Positions 36,701 through 51,700 of a DNA stretch of 64,000 nucleotides are shown piece by piece. Position numbers and translations under genes: made by a program. This DNA comes from Lingula anatina (lineage: Eukaryota; Animalia; Brachiopoda), in assembly GCA_051362555.1 (NCBI GenBank), contig JBPQGU010000016.1, positions 5,022,001-5,086,000 on the forward strand. Reading direction: 5' to 3'. Within the stretch, counting starts at the first letter, position 1. Every line of letters begins with the position of its first letter. The notes under the pieces are model-generated. The model was not told the origin of the DNA. It ran no database searches and saw nothing but the letters and a program-made list of their open reading frames with translations.

Positions 36701-39700
36701 CGGGTCGATTTTTGGTGATTTTGAGTGATTTTGAACAGTGCCGGCACTGTGAGATTTCTTCAATTTTGGATAGGTAGGGATGAAAATTTTTTTTCTTCAT
36801 TATAGTGACAGGTAGGTGTGTTCGGTTATTTGTAGTAAGAATAAAGTGCTGGAAGAGTGGTGGTGTCAACATTAAGGAAGAAATAGAGCAAAAACTCTGT
36901 CTCCCCCCCCCTCTCAGATTCTGTTCTCAGAGCTTATTTTTGGATCATCTTTAAAGCTAGAATTGGGGGCCTTGATGAAGTGACCCGGGCGCGTTTCCAC
37001 ATTTTTTATGAATGACAGGTGTGGTAGATTGATTTTCGTCACTTTTTGGAAAAATCGGAGACGGGTCGATTTTTGGTGATTTTGAGTGATTTTGAACAGT
37101 GCCGGCACTGTGAGATTTCTTCAATTTTGGCCAGGTAGGGATGAAAATTTTTTTTCTTCATTATAGTGTCAGGTAGGTGTGTTCGGTCATTTGTTGTAAG
37201 AATAAAGTGCTGGAAGAGTGGTGGTGTCAACATTAAGGAAGAAATAGAGCAAAAACTCTGTCTCCCCCCCCCCCCTCTCAGATTCTGTTCTCAGAGCTTA
37301 TTTTTGGATCATCTTTAAATTTAGAATTGGGGGCCTTGATGAATTGACCCGGGCGCGTTTCCACATTTTTTATGAATGACAGGTGTGGTAGATTGATTTT
37401 CGTCACTTTTTGGAAAAATCGGAGACGGGTCGATTTTTGGTGATTTTGAGTGATTTTGAACAGTGCCGGCACTGTGAGATTTCTTCAATTTTGGCCAGGT
37501 AGGGATGAAATTTTTTTTTCTTCATTATAGTGTCAGGTAGGTGTGTTCAGTCATTTGTAGTAAGAATAAAGTGCTGGAAGAGTGGTGGTGTCAACATTAA
37601 GGAAGAAATAGAGCAAAAACTCTATCTCCCCCCCCCCTCTCTCAGATTCTGTTCTCAGAGCTTATTTTTGGATCATCTTTAAAGCTAGAATTGGGGGCCT
37701 TGATGAAGTGACCCGGGCGCGTTTCCACATTTTTTATGAATGACAGGTGTGGTAGATTGATTTTCGTCACTTTTTGGAAAAATCGGAGACGGGTCGATTT
37801 TTGGTGATTTTGAGTGATTTTGAACAGTGCCGGCACTGTGAGATTTCTTCAATTTTGGCCAGGTAGGGATGAAAATTTTTTTTCTTCATTATAGTGTCAG
37901 GTAGGTGTGTTCGGTCATTTGTTGTAAGAATAAAGTGCTGGAAGAGTGGTGGTGTCAACATTAAGGAAGAAATAGAGCAAAAACTCTGTCTCCCCCCCCC
38001 CCCCCCCCCTCTCAGATTCTGTTCTCAGAGCTTATTTTTGGATCATCTTTAAATTTAGAATTGGGGGCCTTGATGAATTGACCCGGGCGCGTTTCCACAT
38101 TTTTTATGAATGACAGGTGTGGTAGATTGATTTTCGTCACTTTTTGGAAAAATCGGAGACGGGTCGATTTTTGGTGATTTTGAGTGATTTTGAACAGTGC
38201 CGGCACTGTGAGATTTCTTCAATTTTGGCCAGGTAGGGATGAAAATTTTTTTTCTTCATTATAGTGTCAGGTAGGTGTGTTCAGTCATTTGTAGTAAGAA
38301 TAAAGTGCTGGAAGAGTGGTGGTGTCAACATTAAGGAAGAAATAGAGCAAAAACTCTATCTCCCCCCCCCCTCTCTCAGATTCTGTTCTCAGAGCTTATT
38401 TTTGGATCATCTTTAAAGCTAGAATTGGGGGCCTTGATGAAGTGACCCGTTCGCGTTTCCACATTTTTTATGAATGACAGGTGTGGTAGATTGATTTTCG
38501 TCACTTTTTGGAAAAATCGGAGACGGGTCGATTTTTGGTGATTTTGAGTGATTTTGAACAGTGCCGGCACTGTGAGATTTCTTCAATTTTGGCCAGGTAG
38601 GGATGAAAATTTTTTTTCTTCATTATAGTGTCAGGTAGGTGTGTTCGGTCATTTGTAGTAAGAATAAAGTGCTGGAAGAGTGGTGGTGTCAACATTAAGG
38701 AAGAAATAGAGCAAAAACTCTGTCTCCCCCCCCCCCCTCTCAGATTCTGTTCTCAGAGCTTATTTTTGGATCATCTTTAAAGCTAGAATTGGGGGCCTTG
38801 ATGAAGTGACCCGGGCGCGTTTCCACATTTTTTATGAATGACAGGTGTGGTAGATTGATTTTCGTCACTTTTTGGAAAAATCGGAGACGGGTCGATTTTT
38901 GGTGATTTTGAGTGATTTTGAACAGTGCCGGCACTGTGAGATTTCTTCAATTTTGGCCAGGTAGGGATGAAAATTTTTTTTCTTCATTATAGTGTCAGGT
39001 AGGTGTGTTCGGTCATTTGTAGTAAGAATAAAGTGCTGGAAGAGTGGTGGTGTCAACATTAAGGAAGAAATAGAGCAAAAACTCTGTCTCCCCCCCCCCC
39101 CCTCTCAGATTCTGTTCTCAGAGCTTATTTTTGGATCATCTTTAAAGCTAGAATTGGGGGCCTTGATGAAGTGACCCGGGCGCGTTTCCACATTTTTTAT
39201 GAATGACAGGTGTGGTAGATTGATTTTCGTCACTTTTTGGAAAAATCGGAGACGGGTCGATTTTTGGTGATTTTGAGTGATTTTGAACAGTGCCGGCACT
39301 GTGAGATTTCTTCAATTTTGGCCAGGTAGGGATGAAATTTTTTTTTCTTCATTATAGTGTCAGGTAGGTGTGTTCGGTCATTTGTAGTAAGAATAAAGTG
39401 CTGGAAGAGTGGTGGTGTCAACATTAAGGAAGAAATAGAGCAAAAACTCTGTCTCCCCCCCCCCTCTCAGATTCTGTTCTCAGAGCTTATTTTTGGATCA
39501 TCTTTAAAGCTAGAATTGGGGCCCTTGATGAAGTGACCCGGGCGCGTTTCCACATTTTTTATGAATGACAGGTGTGGTAGATTGATTTTCGTCACTTTTT
39601 GGAAAAATCAGAGACGGGTCAATTTTTGGTGATTTTGAGTGATTTTGAACAGTGCCAGCACTGTGAGATTTCTTCAATTTTGGCCAGGTAGGGATGAAAA

Positions 39701-42700
39701 TTTTTTTTCTTCATTATAGTGTCAGGTAGGTGTGTTCGGTCATTTGTAGTAAGAATAAAGTGCTGGAAGAGTGGTGGTGTCAACATTAAGGAAGAAATAG
39801 AGCAAAAACTCTGTCACCCCCCCCCCCCCCCTCTCAGATTCTGTTCTCAGAGCTTATTTTTGGATCATCTTTAAAGCTAGAATTGGGGGCCTTGATGAAG
39901 TGACCCGTGCGCGTTTCCACATTTTTTATGAATGACAGGTGTGGTAGATTGATTTTCGTCACTTTTTGGAAAAATCAGAGACGGGTCAATTTTTGGTGAT
40001 TTTGAGTGATTTTGAACAGTGCCAGCACTGTGAGATTTCTTCAATTTTGGCCAGGTAGGGATGAAAATTTTTTTTCTTCATTATAGTGTCAGGTAGGTGT
40101 GTTCGGTCATTTGTAGTAAGAATAAAGTGCTGGAAGAGTGGTGGTGTCAACATTAAGGAAGAAATAGAGCAAAAACTCTGTCACCCCCCCCTCTCAGATT
40201 CTGTTCTCAGAGCTTATTTTTGGATCATCTTTAAAGCTAGAATTGGGGGCCTTGATGAAGTGACCTGGGCGCGTTTCCACATTTTTTATGAATGACAGGT
40301 GTGGTAGATTGATTTTCGTCACTTTTTGGAAAAATCGGAGACGGGTCGATTTTTGGTGATTTTGAGTGATTTTGAACAGTGCCGGCACTGTGAGATTTCT
40401 TCAATTTTGGCCAGGTAGGGATGAAAATTTTTTTTCTTCATTATAGTGTCAGGTAGGTGTGTTCGGTCATTTGTAATAAGAATAAAGTGCTGGAAGAGTG
40501 GTGGTGTCAACATTAAGGAAGAAATAGAGCAAAAACTCTGTCTCCCCCCCCCCCCCCCCCCTCTCAGATTTTGTTCTCAGAGCTTATTTTTGGATCATCT
40601 TTAAATTTAGAATTGGGGGCCTTGATGAAGTGACCAGGGCGCGTTTCCACATTTTTTATGAATGACAGGTGTGGTAGATTGATTTTCGTCACTTTTTGGA
40701 AAAATCGGAGACGGGTCGATTTTTGGTGATTTTGAGTGATTTTAAACAGTGCCGGCACTGTGAGATTTCTTCAATTTTGGCCAGGTAGGGATGAAAATTT
40801 TTTTTCTTCATTATAGTGTCAGGTAGGTGTGTTCGGTCATTTGTAGTAAGAATAAAGTGCTGGAAGAGTGGTGGTGTCAACATTAAGGAAGAAATAGAGC
40901 AAAAACTCTGTCTCCCCCCCCCCCCCCCCCTCTCAGATTCTGTTCTCAGAGCTTATTTTTGGATCATCTTTAAAGCTAGAATTGGGGGCCTTGATGAAGT
41001 GACCCGGGCGCGTTTCCACATTTTTTATGAATGACAGGTGTGGTAGATTGATTTTCGTCACTTTTTGGAAAAATCGGAGACGGGACGATTTTTGGTGATT
41101 TTGAGTGATTTTGAACAGTGACGGCACTGTGAGATTTCTTCAATTTTGGCCAGGTAGGGATGAAAATTTTTTTTCTTCATTATAGTGTCAGGTAGGTGTG
41201 TTCAGTCATTTGTAGTAATAATAAAGTGCTGGAAGAGTGGTGGTGTCAACATTAAGGAAGAAATAGAGCAAAAACTCCTTCACCCCCCCCCCCCCCTCTC
41301 AGATTCTGTTCTCAGAGCTTATTTTTGGATCATTTTTAAAGCTAGAATTGGGGGCCTTGATGAAGTGACCCGGGCGCGTTTCCACATTTTTTATGAATGA
41401 CAGGTGTGGTAGATTGATTTTCGTCACTTTTTGGAAAAATCGGAGACGGGTCAATTTTTGGTGATTTTCAGTGATTTTGAACAGTGCCAGCACTGTGAGA
41501 TTTCTTCAATTTTGGCCAGGTAGGGATGAAAATTTTTTTTCTTCATTATAGTGTCAGGTAGGTGTGTTCGGTCATTTGTAGTAAGAATAAAGTGCTGGAA
41601 GAGTGGTGGTGTCAACATTAAGTAAGAAATAGAGCAAAAACTCTGTCACCCCCCCCCCCCCTCTCAGATTCTGTTCTCAGAGCTTATTTTTGGATCATCT
41701 TTAAAGCTAGAATTGGGGGCCTTGATGAAGTGACCCGGGCGCGTTTCCACATTTTTTATGAATGACAGGTGTGGTAGATTGATTTTCGTCACTTTTTGGA
41801 AAAATCGGAGACGGGTCGATTTTTGGTGATTTTGAGTGATTTTGAACAGTGCCCGCACTGTGAGATTTCTTCAATTTTGGCCAGGTAGGGATGAAAATTT
41901 TTTTTCTTCATTATAGTGTAAGGTAGGTGTGTTCGGTCATTTGTAGTAAGAATAAAGTGCTGGAAGAGTGGTGGTGTCAACATTAAGGAAGAAATAGATC
42001 TAAAACTCTGTCTCCCCCCACCCCCCTCTCAGATTCTGTTCTCAGAGCTTATTTTTGGATCATCTTTAAAGCTAGAATTGGGGGCCTTGATGAAGCGACC
42101 CGGGTGCGTTTCCACATTTTTTATGAATGACAGGTGTGGTAGATTGATTTTCGTCACTTTTTGGAAAAATCGGAGACGGGTCGATTTTTGGTGATTTTGA
42201 GTGATTTTGAACAGTGCCGGCACTGTGAGATTTCTTCAATTTTGGCCAGGTAATGATGAAAATTTTTTTTCTTCATTATAGTGTCAGGTAGGTGTGTTTG
42301 GTCATTTGTAGTAAGAATAAAGTGCTGGAAGAGTGGTGGTGTCAACATTAAGGAAGAAATAGAGCAAAAACTCTGTCTCCCCCCCCCCTCTCAGATTCTG
42401 TTCTCAGAGCTTATTTTTGGATCATCTTTTAAGCTAGAATTGGGGCCCTTGATGAAGTGACCCGGGCGCGTTTCCACATTTTTTATGAATGACAGGTGTG
42501 GTAGATTGATTTTCGTCACTTTTTGGAAAAATCGGAGACGGGTCAATTTTTGGTGATTTTGAGTGATTTTGAACAGTGCCAGCACTGTGAGATTTCTTCA
42601 ATTTTGGCCAGGTAGGGATGAAAATTTTTTTTCTTCATTATAGTGTCAGGTAGGTGTGTTCGGTCATTTGTAGTAAGAATAAAGTGCTGGAAGAGTGGTG

Positions 42701-45700
42701 GTGTCAACATTAAGGAAGAAATAGAGCAAAAACTCTGTCACCCCCCCCCCCCCTCTCAGATTCTGTTCTCAGAGCTTATTTTTGGATCATCTTTTAAGCT
42801 AGAATTGGGCCCCTTGATGAAGTGACCCGGGTGCATTTCCACATTTTTTATGAATGACAGGTGTGGTAGATTGATTTTCGTCACTTTTTGGAAAAATCGG
42901 AGACGGGTCAATTTTTGGTGATTTTGAGTGATTTTGAACAGTGCCGGCACTGTGAGATTTCTTCAATTTTGGCCAGGTAGGGATGAAAATTTTTTTTCTT
43001 CATTATAGTGTCAGGTAGGTGTGTTCGGTCATTTGTAGTAAGAATAAAGTCCTGGAAGAGTGGTGGTGTCAACATTAAGGAAGAAATAGATCTAAAACTC
43101 TGTCTCCTCCCACCCCCCCTCTCAGATTCTGTTCTCAGAGCTTATTTTTGGATCATCTTTAAAGCTAGAATTGGGGGCCTTGATGAAGTGACCCGGGTGC
43201 GTTTCCACATTTTTTATGAATGACAGGTGTGGTAGATTGATTTTCGTCACTTTTTGGAAAAATCGGAGACGGGTCGATTTTTGGTGATTTTGAGTGATTT
43301 TGAACAGTGCCGGCACTGTGAGATTTCTTCAATTTTGGCCAGGTAATGATGAAAATTTTTTTTCTTCATTATAGTGTCAGGTAGGTGTGTTCGGTCATTT
43401 GTAGTAAGAATAAAGTGCTGGAAGAGTGGTGGTGTCAACATTAAGGAAGAAATAGAGCAAAAACTCTGTCTCCCCCCCCCCCTCTCAGATTCTGTTCTCA
43501 GAGCTTATTTTTGGATCATCTTTTAAGCTAGAATTGGGGCCCTTGATGAAGTGACCCGGGCGCGTTTCCACATTTTTTATGAATGACAGGTGTGGTAGAT
43601 TGATTTTCGTCATTTTTTGGAAAAATCGGAGACGGGTCGATTTTTGGTGATTTTGAGTGATTTTGAACAGTGCCGGCACTGTGAGATTTCTTTAATTTTG
43701 GCCAGGTAGGGATGAAAAATTTTTTTTTTTCATTATAGTGTCAGGTAGGTGTGTTCGGTCATTTGTAGTAAGAATAAAGTGCTGGAAGAGTGGTGGTGTC
43801 AACATTAAGGAAGAAATAGAGCAAAAACTCTTTCTCCCCCCCCCCCCTCTCAGATTCTGTTCTCAGAGCTTATTTTTGGATCATCTTTAAAGCTAGAATT
43901 GGGGGCCTTGATGAAGTGACCCGGGCGCGTTTCCACATTTTTTATGAATGACAGGTGTGGTAGATTGATTTTCGTCACTTTTTGGAAAAATCGGAGACGG
44001 GTCGATTTTTGGTGATTTTGAGTGATTTTGAACAGTGAGATTTCTTCAATTTTGGCCAGGTAAGGATGAAAATTTTTTTTTTTCATTATAGTGTCAGGTA
44101 GGTGTGTTCGGTCATTTGTAGTAAGAATAAAGTGCTGGAAGAGTGGTGGTGTCAACATTAAGGAAGAAATAGAGCAAAAACTCTGTCACCCCCCCCCCCC
44201 CTCTCAGATTCTGTTCTCAGAGCTTATTTTTGGATCATCTTTAAAGCTAAAATTGGGGGCCTTAATGAAGTGACCCGGGCGCGTTTCCACATTTTTTATG
44301 AATGACAGGTGTGGTAGATTGATTTTCGTCACTTTTTGGAAAAATCGGAGACGGGTCGATTTTTGGTGATTTTGAGTGATTTTGAACAGTGCCGGCACTG
44401 TGAGATTTCTTCAATTTTGGCCAGGTAGGGATGAAAATTTTTTTTCTTCATTATAGTGTAAGGTAGGTGTGTTCGGTCATTTGTAGTAAGAATAAAGTGC
44501 TGGAAGAGTGGTGGTGTCAACATTAAGGAAGAAATAGAGCAAAAACTCTGTCTCCCCCCCCCCCCTCTCAGATTCTGTTCTCAGAGCTTATTTTTGGATC
44601 ATCTTTAAAGCTAGAATTGGGGGCCTTGATGAAGTGACCCGGGCGCGTTTCCACATTTTTTATGAATGACAGGTGTGGTAGATTGATTTTCGTCACTTTT
44701 TGGAAAAATCTGAGACGGGTCGATTTTTGGTGATTTTGAGTGATTTTGAACAGTGAGATTTCTTCAGTTTTGGCCAGGTAGGGATGAAAATTTTTTTTCT
44801 TCATTATAGTGTCAGGTAGGTGTGTTCGGTCATTTGTAGTAAGAATAAAGTGCTGGAAGAGTGGTGGTGTCAACATTAAGGAAGAAATAGAGCAAAAACT
44901 CTGTCTCCACCCCCCCCTTCTCAGATTCTGTTCTCAGAGCTTATTTTTGGCTCATCTTTAAAGCTAGAATTGGGGGCCTTGATGAAGTGACCCGGGCACG
45001 TTTCCACATTTTTTATGAATGACAGGTGTGGTAGATTGATTTTCGGCACTTTTTGGAAAAATCGGAGACGGGTCGATTTTTGGTGATTTTGAGTGATTTT
45101 GAACAGTGCCGGCACTGTGAGATTTCTTCAATTTTGACCAGGTAGGGATGAAAATTTTTTTTCTTCATTATAGTGTCAGGTAGGTGTGTTCGGTCATTTG
45201 TAGTAAGAATAAAATGCTGGAAGAGTGGTGGTGTCAACATTAAGGAAGAAATAGAGCAAAAACTCTGTCTCCCCCCCCCCCTCTCAGATTCTGTTCTCAG
45301 AGCTTATTTTTGGATCATCTTTAAAGCTAGAATTGGGGGCCTTGATGAAGTGACCCGGGCGCGTTTCCACATTTTTTATGAATGACAGGTGTGGTAGATT
45401 GATTTTCGTCACTTTTTGGAAAAATCGGAGACGGGTCGATTTTTGGTGATTTTGAGTGATTTTGAACAGTGCCGGCACTGTGAGATTTCTTCAATTTTGG
45501 CCAGGTAGGGATGAAAAATTTTTTTTTTCATTATAGTGTCAGGTAGGTGGGTTCGGTCATTTGTAGTAAGAATAAAGTGCTGGAAGAGTGGTGGTGTCAA
45601 CATTTAGGAAGAAATAGAGCAAAAACTCTGTCTCCCCCCCCCCCCTCTCAGATTCTGTTCTCAGAGCTTATTTTTGGATCATCTTTAAAGCTAGAATTGG

Positions 45701-48700
45701 GGGCCTTGATGAAGTGACCCGGGCACGTTTCCAAATTTTTTATGAATGACAGGTGTGGTAGATTGATTTTCGTCACTTTTTGGAAAAATCGGAGACGGGT
45801 CGATTTTTGGTGATTTTGATTGATTTTGAACAGTGCCGTTACTGTGAGATTTCTTCAATTTTGGCCAGGTAGGGATGAAAATTTTATTTTCTTCATTATA
45901 GTGTCAGGTAGGTGTGTTCGGTCATTTGTAGTAAGAATAAAGTGCTGGAAGAGTGGTGGTGTCAACATTAAGGAAGAAATAGAGCAAAAACTCTTTCTCC
46001 CCCCCCCCCCCCCCTCTCAGATTCTGTTCTCAGAGCTTATTTTTGGATCATCTTTAAAGCTAGAATTGGGGGCCTTGATGAAGTGACCCGGGCGCGTTTC
46101 CACATTTTTTATGAATGACAGGTGTGGTAGATTGATTTATGTCACTTTTTGGAAAAATCGGAGACGGGTCGATTTTTGGTGATTTTGAGTGATTTTGAAC
46201 AGTGAGATTTCTTCAATTTTGGCCAGGTAGGGATGGAATTTTTTTTTCTTCATTATAGTGTCAGGTAGGTGTGTTCAGTCATTTGTAGTAAGAATAAAGT
46301 GCTGGAAGAGTGGTGGTGTCAACATTAAGGAAGAAATAGAGCAAAACCTCTGTCTCCCCCCCCCCTCAGATTCTGTTCTCAGAGCTTATTTTTGGATCAT
46401 CTTTAAAGCTACAATTGGGGGCCTTGATGAAGTGACCTGGGCGTGTTTCCACATTTTTTATGAATGACAGGTGTCGTAGATTGATTTTCGTCACTTTTTG
46501 GAAAAATCGGAGACGGGTCGATTTTTGGTGATTTTGAGTGATTTTGAACAGTGCCGTTACTGTGAGATTTCTTCAATTTTGGCCAGGTAGGGATGAAAAT
46601 TTTTTTTCTTCATTATAGTGTCAGGTAGGTGTGTTCGGTCATTTGTAGTAAGAATAAAGTGCTGGAATAGTGGTGGTGTCAACATTAAGGAAAAAATAGA
46701 GCAAAAACTCTGTCTCCCCTCCCTCTCAAATTCTGTTCTCAGAGCTTATTTTTGGATCATCTTTAAAGGTAGAATTGGGGGCCTTGATGAAGTCACCCGG
46801 GCGCGTTTCCACATTTTTTATGAATGACAGGTGTGGTAGATTGATTTTCGTCACTTTTTGGAAAAATCGGAGACGGGTCGATTTTTGGTGATTTTGAGTG
46901 ATTTTGAACAGTGAGATTTCTTCAATTTTGGCCAGGTAGGGATGAAAATTTTTTTTCTTCATTATAGTGTCAGGTAGGTGTGTTCGGTCATTTGTAGTAA
47001 GAATAAAGTCCTGGAAGAGTGGTGGTGTCAACATTAAGGAAGAAATAGATCTAAAACTCTGTCTCCCCCCACCCCCCTCTCAGATTCTGTTCTCAGAGCT
47101 TATTTTTGGATCATCTTTAAAGCTAGAATTGGGGACCTTGATGAAGTGACCCGGGCGCGTTTCCACATTTTTTATGAATGACAGGTGTGGTAGTTTGATT
47201 TTCGTCACTTTTTGGAAAAATCGGAGACGGGTCGATTTTTGGTGATTTTGAGTGATTTTGAACAGTGCCGGCACTGTGAGATTTCTTCAATTTTGGCCAG
47301 GTAGGGATGAAAATTTTTTTCTTCATTATAGTGTCAGGTAGGTGTGTTCGGTCATTTGTAGTAAGAATAAAGTGCTGGAAGAGTGGTGGTGTCAACATTA
47401 AGGAAGAAATAGAGCAAAAACTCTGTCTCCCCCCCCCCTCTCAGATTCTGTTCTCAGAGCTTATTTTTGGATCATCTTTTAAGCTAGAATTGGGGCCCTT
47501 GATGAAGTGACCCGGGCGCGTTTCCACATTTTTTATGAATGACAGGTGTGGTAGATTGATTTTCGTCACTTTTTGGAAAAATCGGAGACGGGTCGATTTT
47601 TGGTGATTTTGAGTGATTTTGAACAGTGCCGGCACTGTGAGATTTCTTTAATTTTGGCCAGGTAGGGATGAAAAATTTTTTTTTTCATTATAGTGTCAGG
47701 TAGGTGTGTTCGGTCATTTGTAGTAAGAATAAAGTGCTGGAAGAGTGGTGGTGTCAACATTAAGGAAAAAATAGAGCAAAAACTCTGTCTCCCCCCCCCC
47801 TCTCAGATTCTGTTCTCAGAGCTTATTTTTGGATCATCTTTAAAGCTAGAATTGGGGGCCTTGATGAAGTGACCCGGGCACGTTTCCACATTTTTTATGA
47901 ATGACAGGTGTGGTAGATTGATTTTCGTCACTTTTTGGAAAAATCGGAGACGGGTCGATTTTTGGTGATTTTGATTGATTTTGAACAGTGCCGTTACTGT
48001 GAGATTTCTTCAATTTTGGCCAGGTAGGGATGAAAATTTTATTTTCTTCATTATAGTGTCAGGTAGGTGTGTTCGGTCATTTGTAGTAAGAATAAAGTGC
48101 TGGAAGAGTGGTGGTGTCAACATTAAGGAAGAAATAGAGCAAAAACTCTTTCTCCCCCCCCCCCCTCTCAGATTCTGTTCTCAGAGCTTATTTTTGGATC
48201 ATCTTTAAAGCTAGAATTGGGGGCCTTGATGAAGTGACCCGGGCGCGTTTCCACATTTTTTATGAATGACAGGTGTGGTAGATTGATTTTCGTCACTTTT
48301 TGGAAAAATCGGAGACGGGTCGATTTTTGGTGATTTTGAGTGATTTTGAACAGTGCCGGCACTGTGAGATTTCTTCAATTTTGGCCAGGTAGGGATGAAA
48401 TTTTTTTTTTTCATTATAGTGTCAGGTAGGTGTGTTCAGTCATTTGTAGTAAGAATAAAGTGCTGGAAGAGTGGTGGTGTCAACATTAAGGAAGAAATAG
48501 AGCAAAAACTCTGTCTCCCCCCCCCCCCTCTCAGATTCTGTTCTCAGAGCTTATTTTTGGATCATCTTTCAAGCTAGAATTGGGGGCTTTGATGAAGTGA
48601 CCCCGGCACTTTTCCACATTTTTTTATGAATGACAGGTGTGGTAGATTGATTTTCATCACTTTTTGGAAAAATCGGAGACGGGTCGATTTTTGGTGATTT

Positions 48701-51700
48701 TGAGTGATTTTGAACAGTGAGATTTCTTCAATTTTGGCCAGGTAGGTATGGAATTTTTTTTCTTCATTATAGTGTCAGGTAGGTGTGTTCGGTCATTTGT
48801 AGTAAGAATAAAGTGCTGGAAGAGTGGTGGTGTCAACATTAAGGAAGAAATAGAGCAAAAACTCTTTCTCCCCCCCCCTCAGATTCTGTTCTCAGAGCTT
48901 ATTTTTGGATCATCTTTAAAGCTAGAATTGGGGGCCTTGATGAAGTGCCCCTTGCACGTTTCCACATTTTTTATGAATGACAGGTGTGGTAGATTGATTT
49001 TCGTCACTTTTTGGAAAAATCGGAGACGGGACGATTTTTGGTGATTTTGAGTGATTTTGAACAGTGACGGCACTGTGAGATTTCTTCAATTTTGGCCAGG
49101 TAGGGATGAAAATTTTTTTTCTTCATTATAGTGTCAGGTAGGTGTGTTCAGTCATTTGTAGTAATAATAAAGTGCTGGAAGAGTGGTGGTGTCAACATTA
49201 AGGAAGAAATAGAGCAAAAACTCCTTCACCCCCCCCCCCCCTCTCAGATTCTGTTCTCAGAGCTTATTTTTGGATCATCTTTAAAGCTAGAATTGGGGGC
49301 CTTGATGAAGTGACCCGGGCGCGTTTCCACATTTTTTATGAATGACAGGTGTGGGAGATTGATTTTCATCACTTTTTGGAAAAATCGGAGACGGGTCGAT
49401 TTTTGGTGATTTTGAGTGATTTTGAACAGTGCCGGCACTGTGAGATTTCTTCAATTTTGGCCAGGTAGGGATGAAAATTTTTCTTTTCATTATAGTTTCA
49501 GGTAGGTGTGTTCAGTCATTTGTAGTAAGAATAAAGTGCTGGAAGAGTGGTGGTGTCAACATTAAGGAAGAAATAGAGCAAAAACTCTGTCTCCCCCCCC
49601 CCCTCTCAGATTCTGTTCTCAGAGCTTATTTTTGGATCATCTTTAAAGCTAGAATTGGGGGCCTTGATGAAGTGACCCGGGCGCGTTTCCACATTTTTTA
49701 TGAATGACAGGTGTGGTAGATTGATTTTCGTCACTTTTTGGATAAATCGGAGACGGGTCGATTTTTGGTGATTTTGAGTGATTTTGAACAGTGAGATTTC
49801 TTCAATTTTGGCCAGGTAGGTATGGAATTTTTTTTCTTCATTATAGTGTCAGGTAGGTGTGTTCGGTCATTTGTAGTAAGAATAAAGTGCTGGAAGAGTG
49901 GTGGTGTCAACATTAAGGAAGAAATAGAGCAAAAACTCTTTCTCCCCCCCCCTCAGATTCTGTTCTCAGAGCTTATTTTTGGATCATCTTTAAAGCTAGA
50001 ATTGGGGGCCTTGATGAAGTGACCCGTGCACGTTTCCACATTTTTTATGAATGACAGGTATGGTAGATTGATTTTCGTCACTTTTTGGAAAAATCGGAGA
50101 CGGGTCGATTTTTGGTGATTTTGATGGATTTTGAACAGTGCCGTTACTGTGAGATTTCTTCAATTTTGGCCAGGTAGGGATGAAAATTTTATTTTCTTCA
50201 TTATAGTGTCAGGTAGGTGTGTTCGGTCATTTGTAGTAAGAATAAAGTGCTGGAAGAGTGGTGGTGTCAACATTAAGGAAGAAATAGAGCAAAAACTCTT
50301 TTTCCCCCCCCCCCCCCTCTCAGATTCTGTTCACAGAGCTTATTTTTGGATCATCTTTAAAGCTAGAATTGGGGGCCTTGATGAAGTGACCCGGGCGCGT
50401 TTCCACATTTTTTATTAATGACAGGTGTGGGAGATTGATTTTCATCACTTTTTGGAAAAATCGGAGACGGGTCGATTTTTGGTTATTTTCTGTGATTTTG
50501 AACAGTGCCGGCACTGTGAGATTTCTTCAATTTTGGCCAGGTAGGGATGAAAATTTTTCTTTTCATTATAGTTTCAGGTAGGTGTGTTCAGTCATTTGTA
50601 GTAAGAATAAAGTGCTGGAAGAGTGGTGGTGTCAACATTAAGGAAGAAATAGAGCAAAAACTCTGTCTCCCCCCCCCCCCCCCTCTCAGATTCTGTTCTC
50701 AGAGCTTATTTTTGGATCATCTTTAAAGCTAGAATTGGGGGCCTTGATGAAGTGACCCGGGCGCGTTTCCACATTTTTTATGAATGACAGGTGTGGTAGA
50801 TTGATTTTCGTCACTTTTTGGATAAATCGGAGACGGGTTGATTTTTGGTGATTTTGAGTGATTTTGAACAGTGAGATTTCTTCAATTTTGGCCAGGTAGG
50901 GATGAAAATTTTTTTTCTTCATTATAGTGTCAGGTAGGTGTGTTCGGTCATTTGTAGTAAGAATAAAGTGCTGGAAGAGTGGTGGTGTCAACATTAAGGA
51001 AGAATTAGAGCAAAAACTCTGTCTCCCCCCACCCCCCTCTCAGATTCTGTTCTCAGAGCTTATTTTTGGATCATCTTTAAAGCTAGAATTGGGGGCCTTG
51101 ATGAAGTGACCCGGGCGCGTTTCCACATTTTTTATGAATGACAGGTGTTTGAGATTGATTTTCGTCACTTTTTGGAAAAATCTGAGACGGGTCGATTTTT
51201 GGTGATTTTGAGTGATTTTGATCAGTGCCGGCACTGTGAGATTTCTTCAATTTTGGCCAGGTAGGGATGAAAAATTTTTTCTTCGTTATAGTGTCAGGTA
51301 GGTGTGTTCGGTCATTTGTAGTAAGAATAAAGTGCTGGAAGAGTGGTGGTGTCATCATTAAGGAAGAAATAGAGCAAAAACTGTGTCTCCCCCCCCCCCC
51401 CTCTCAGATTCTGTTCTCAGAGCTCATTTTTGGATCATCTTTAAAGCTAGAATTGGGGGCCTTGATGAAGTGACCCGGGCGCGTATCCACATTTTTTATG
51501 AATGACAGGTGTGGTAGATTGATTTTCGTCACTTTTTGGAAAAATCTGAGACGGGTCGATTTTTGGTGATTTTGAGTGATTTTGATCAGTGCCGGCACTG
51601 TGAGATTTCTTCAATTTTGGCCAGGTAGGGATGAAAAAATTTTTTCTTCGTTATAGTGTCAGGTAGGTGTGTTCGGTCATTTGTAGTAAGAATAAAGTGC

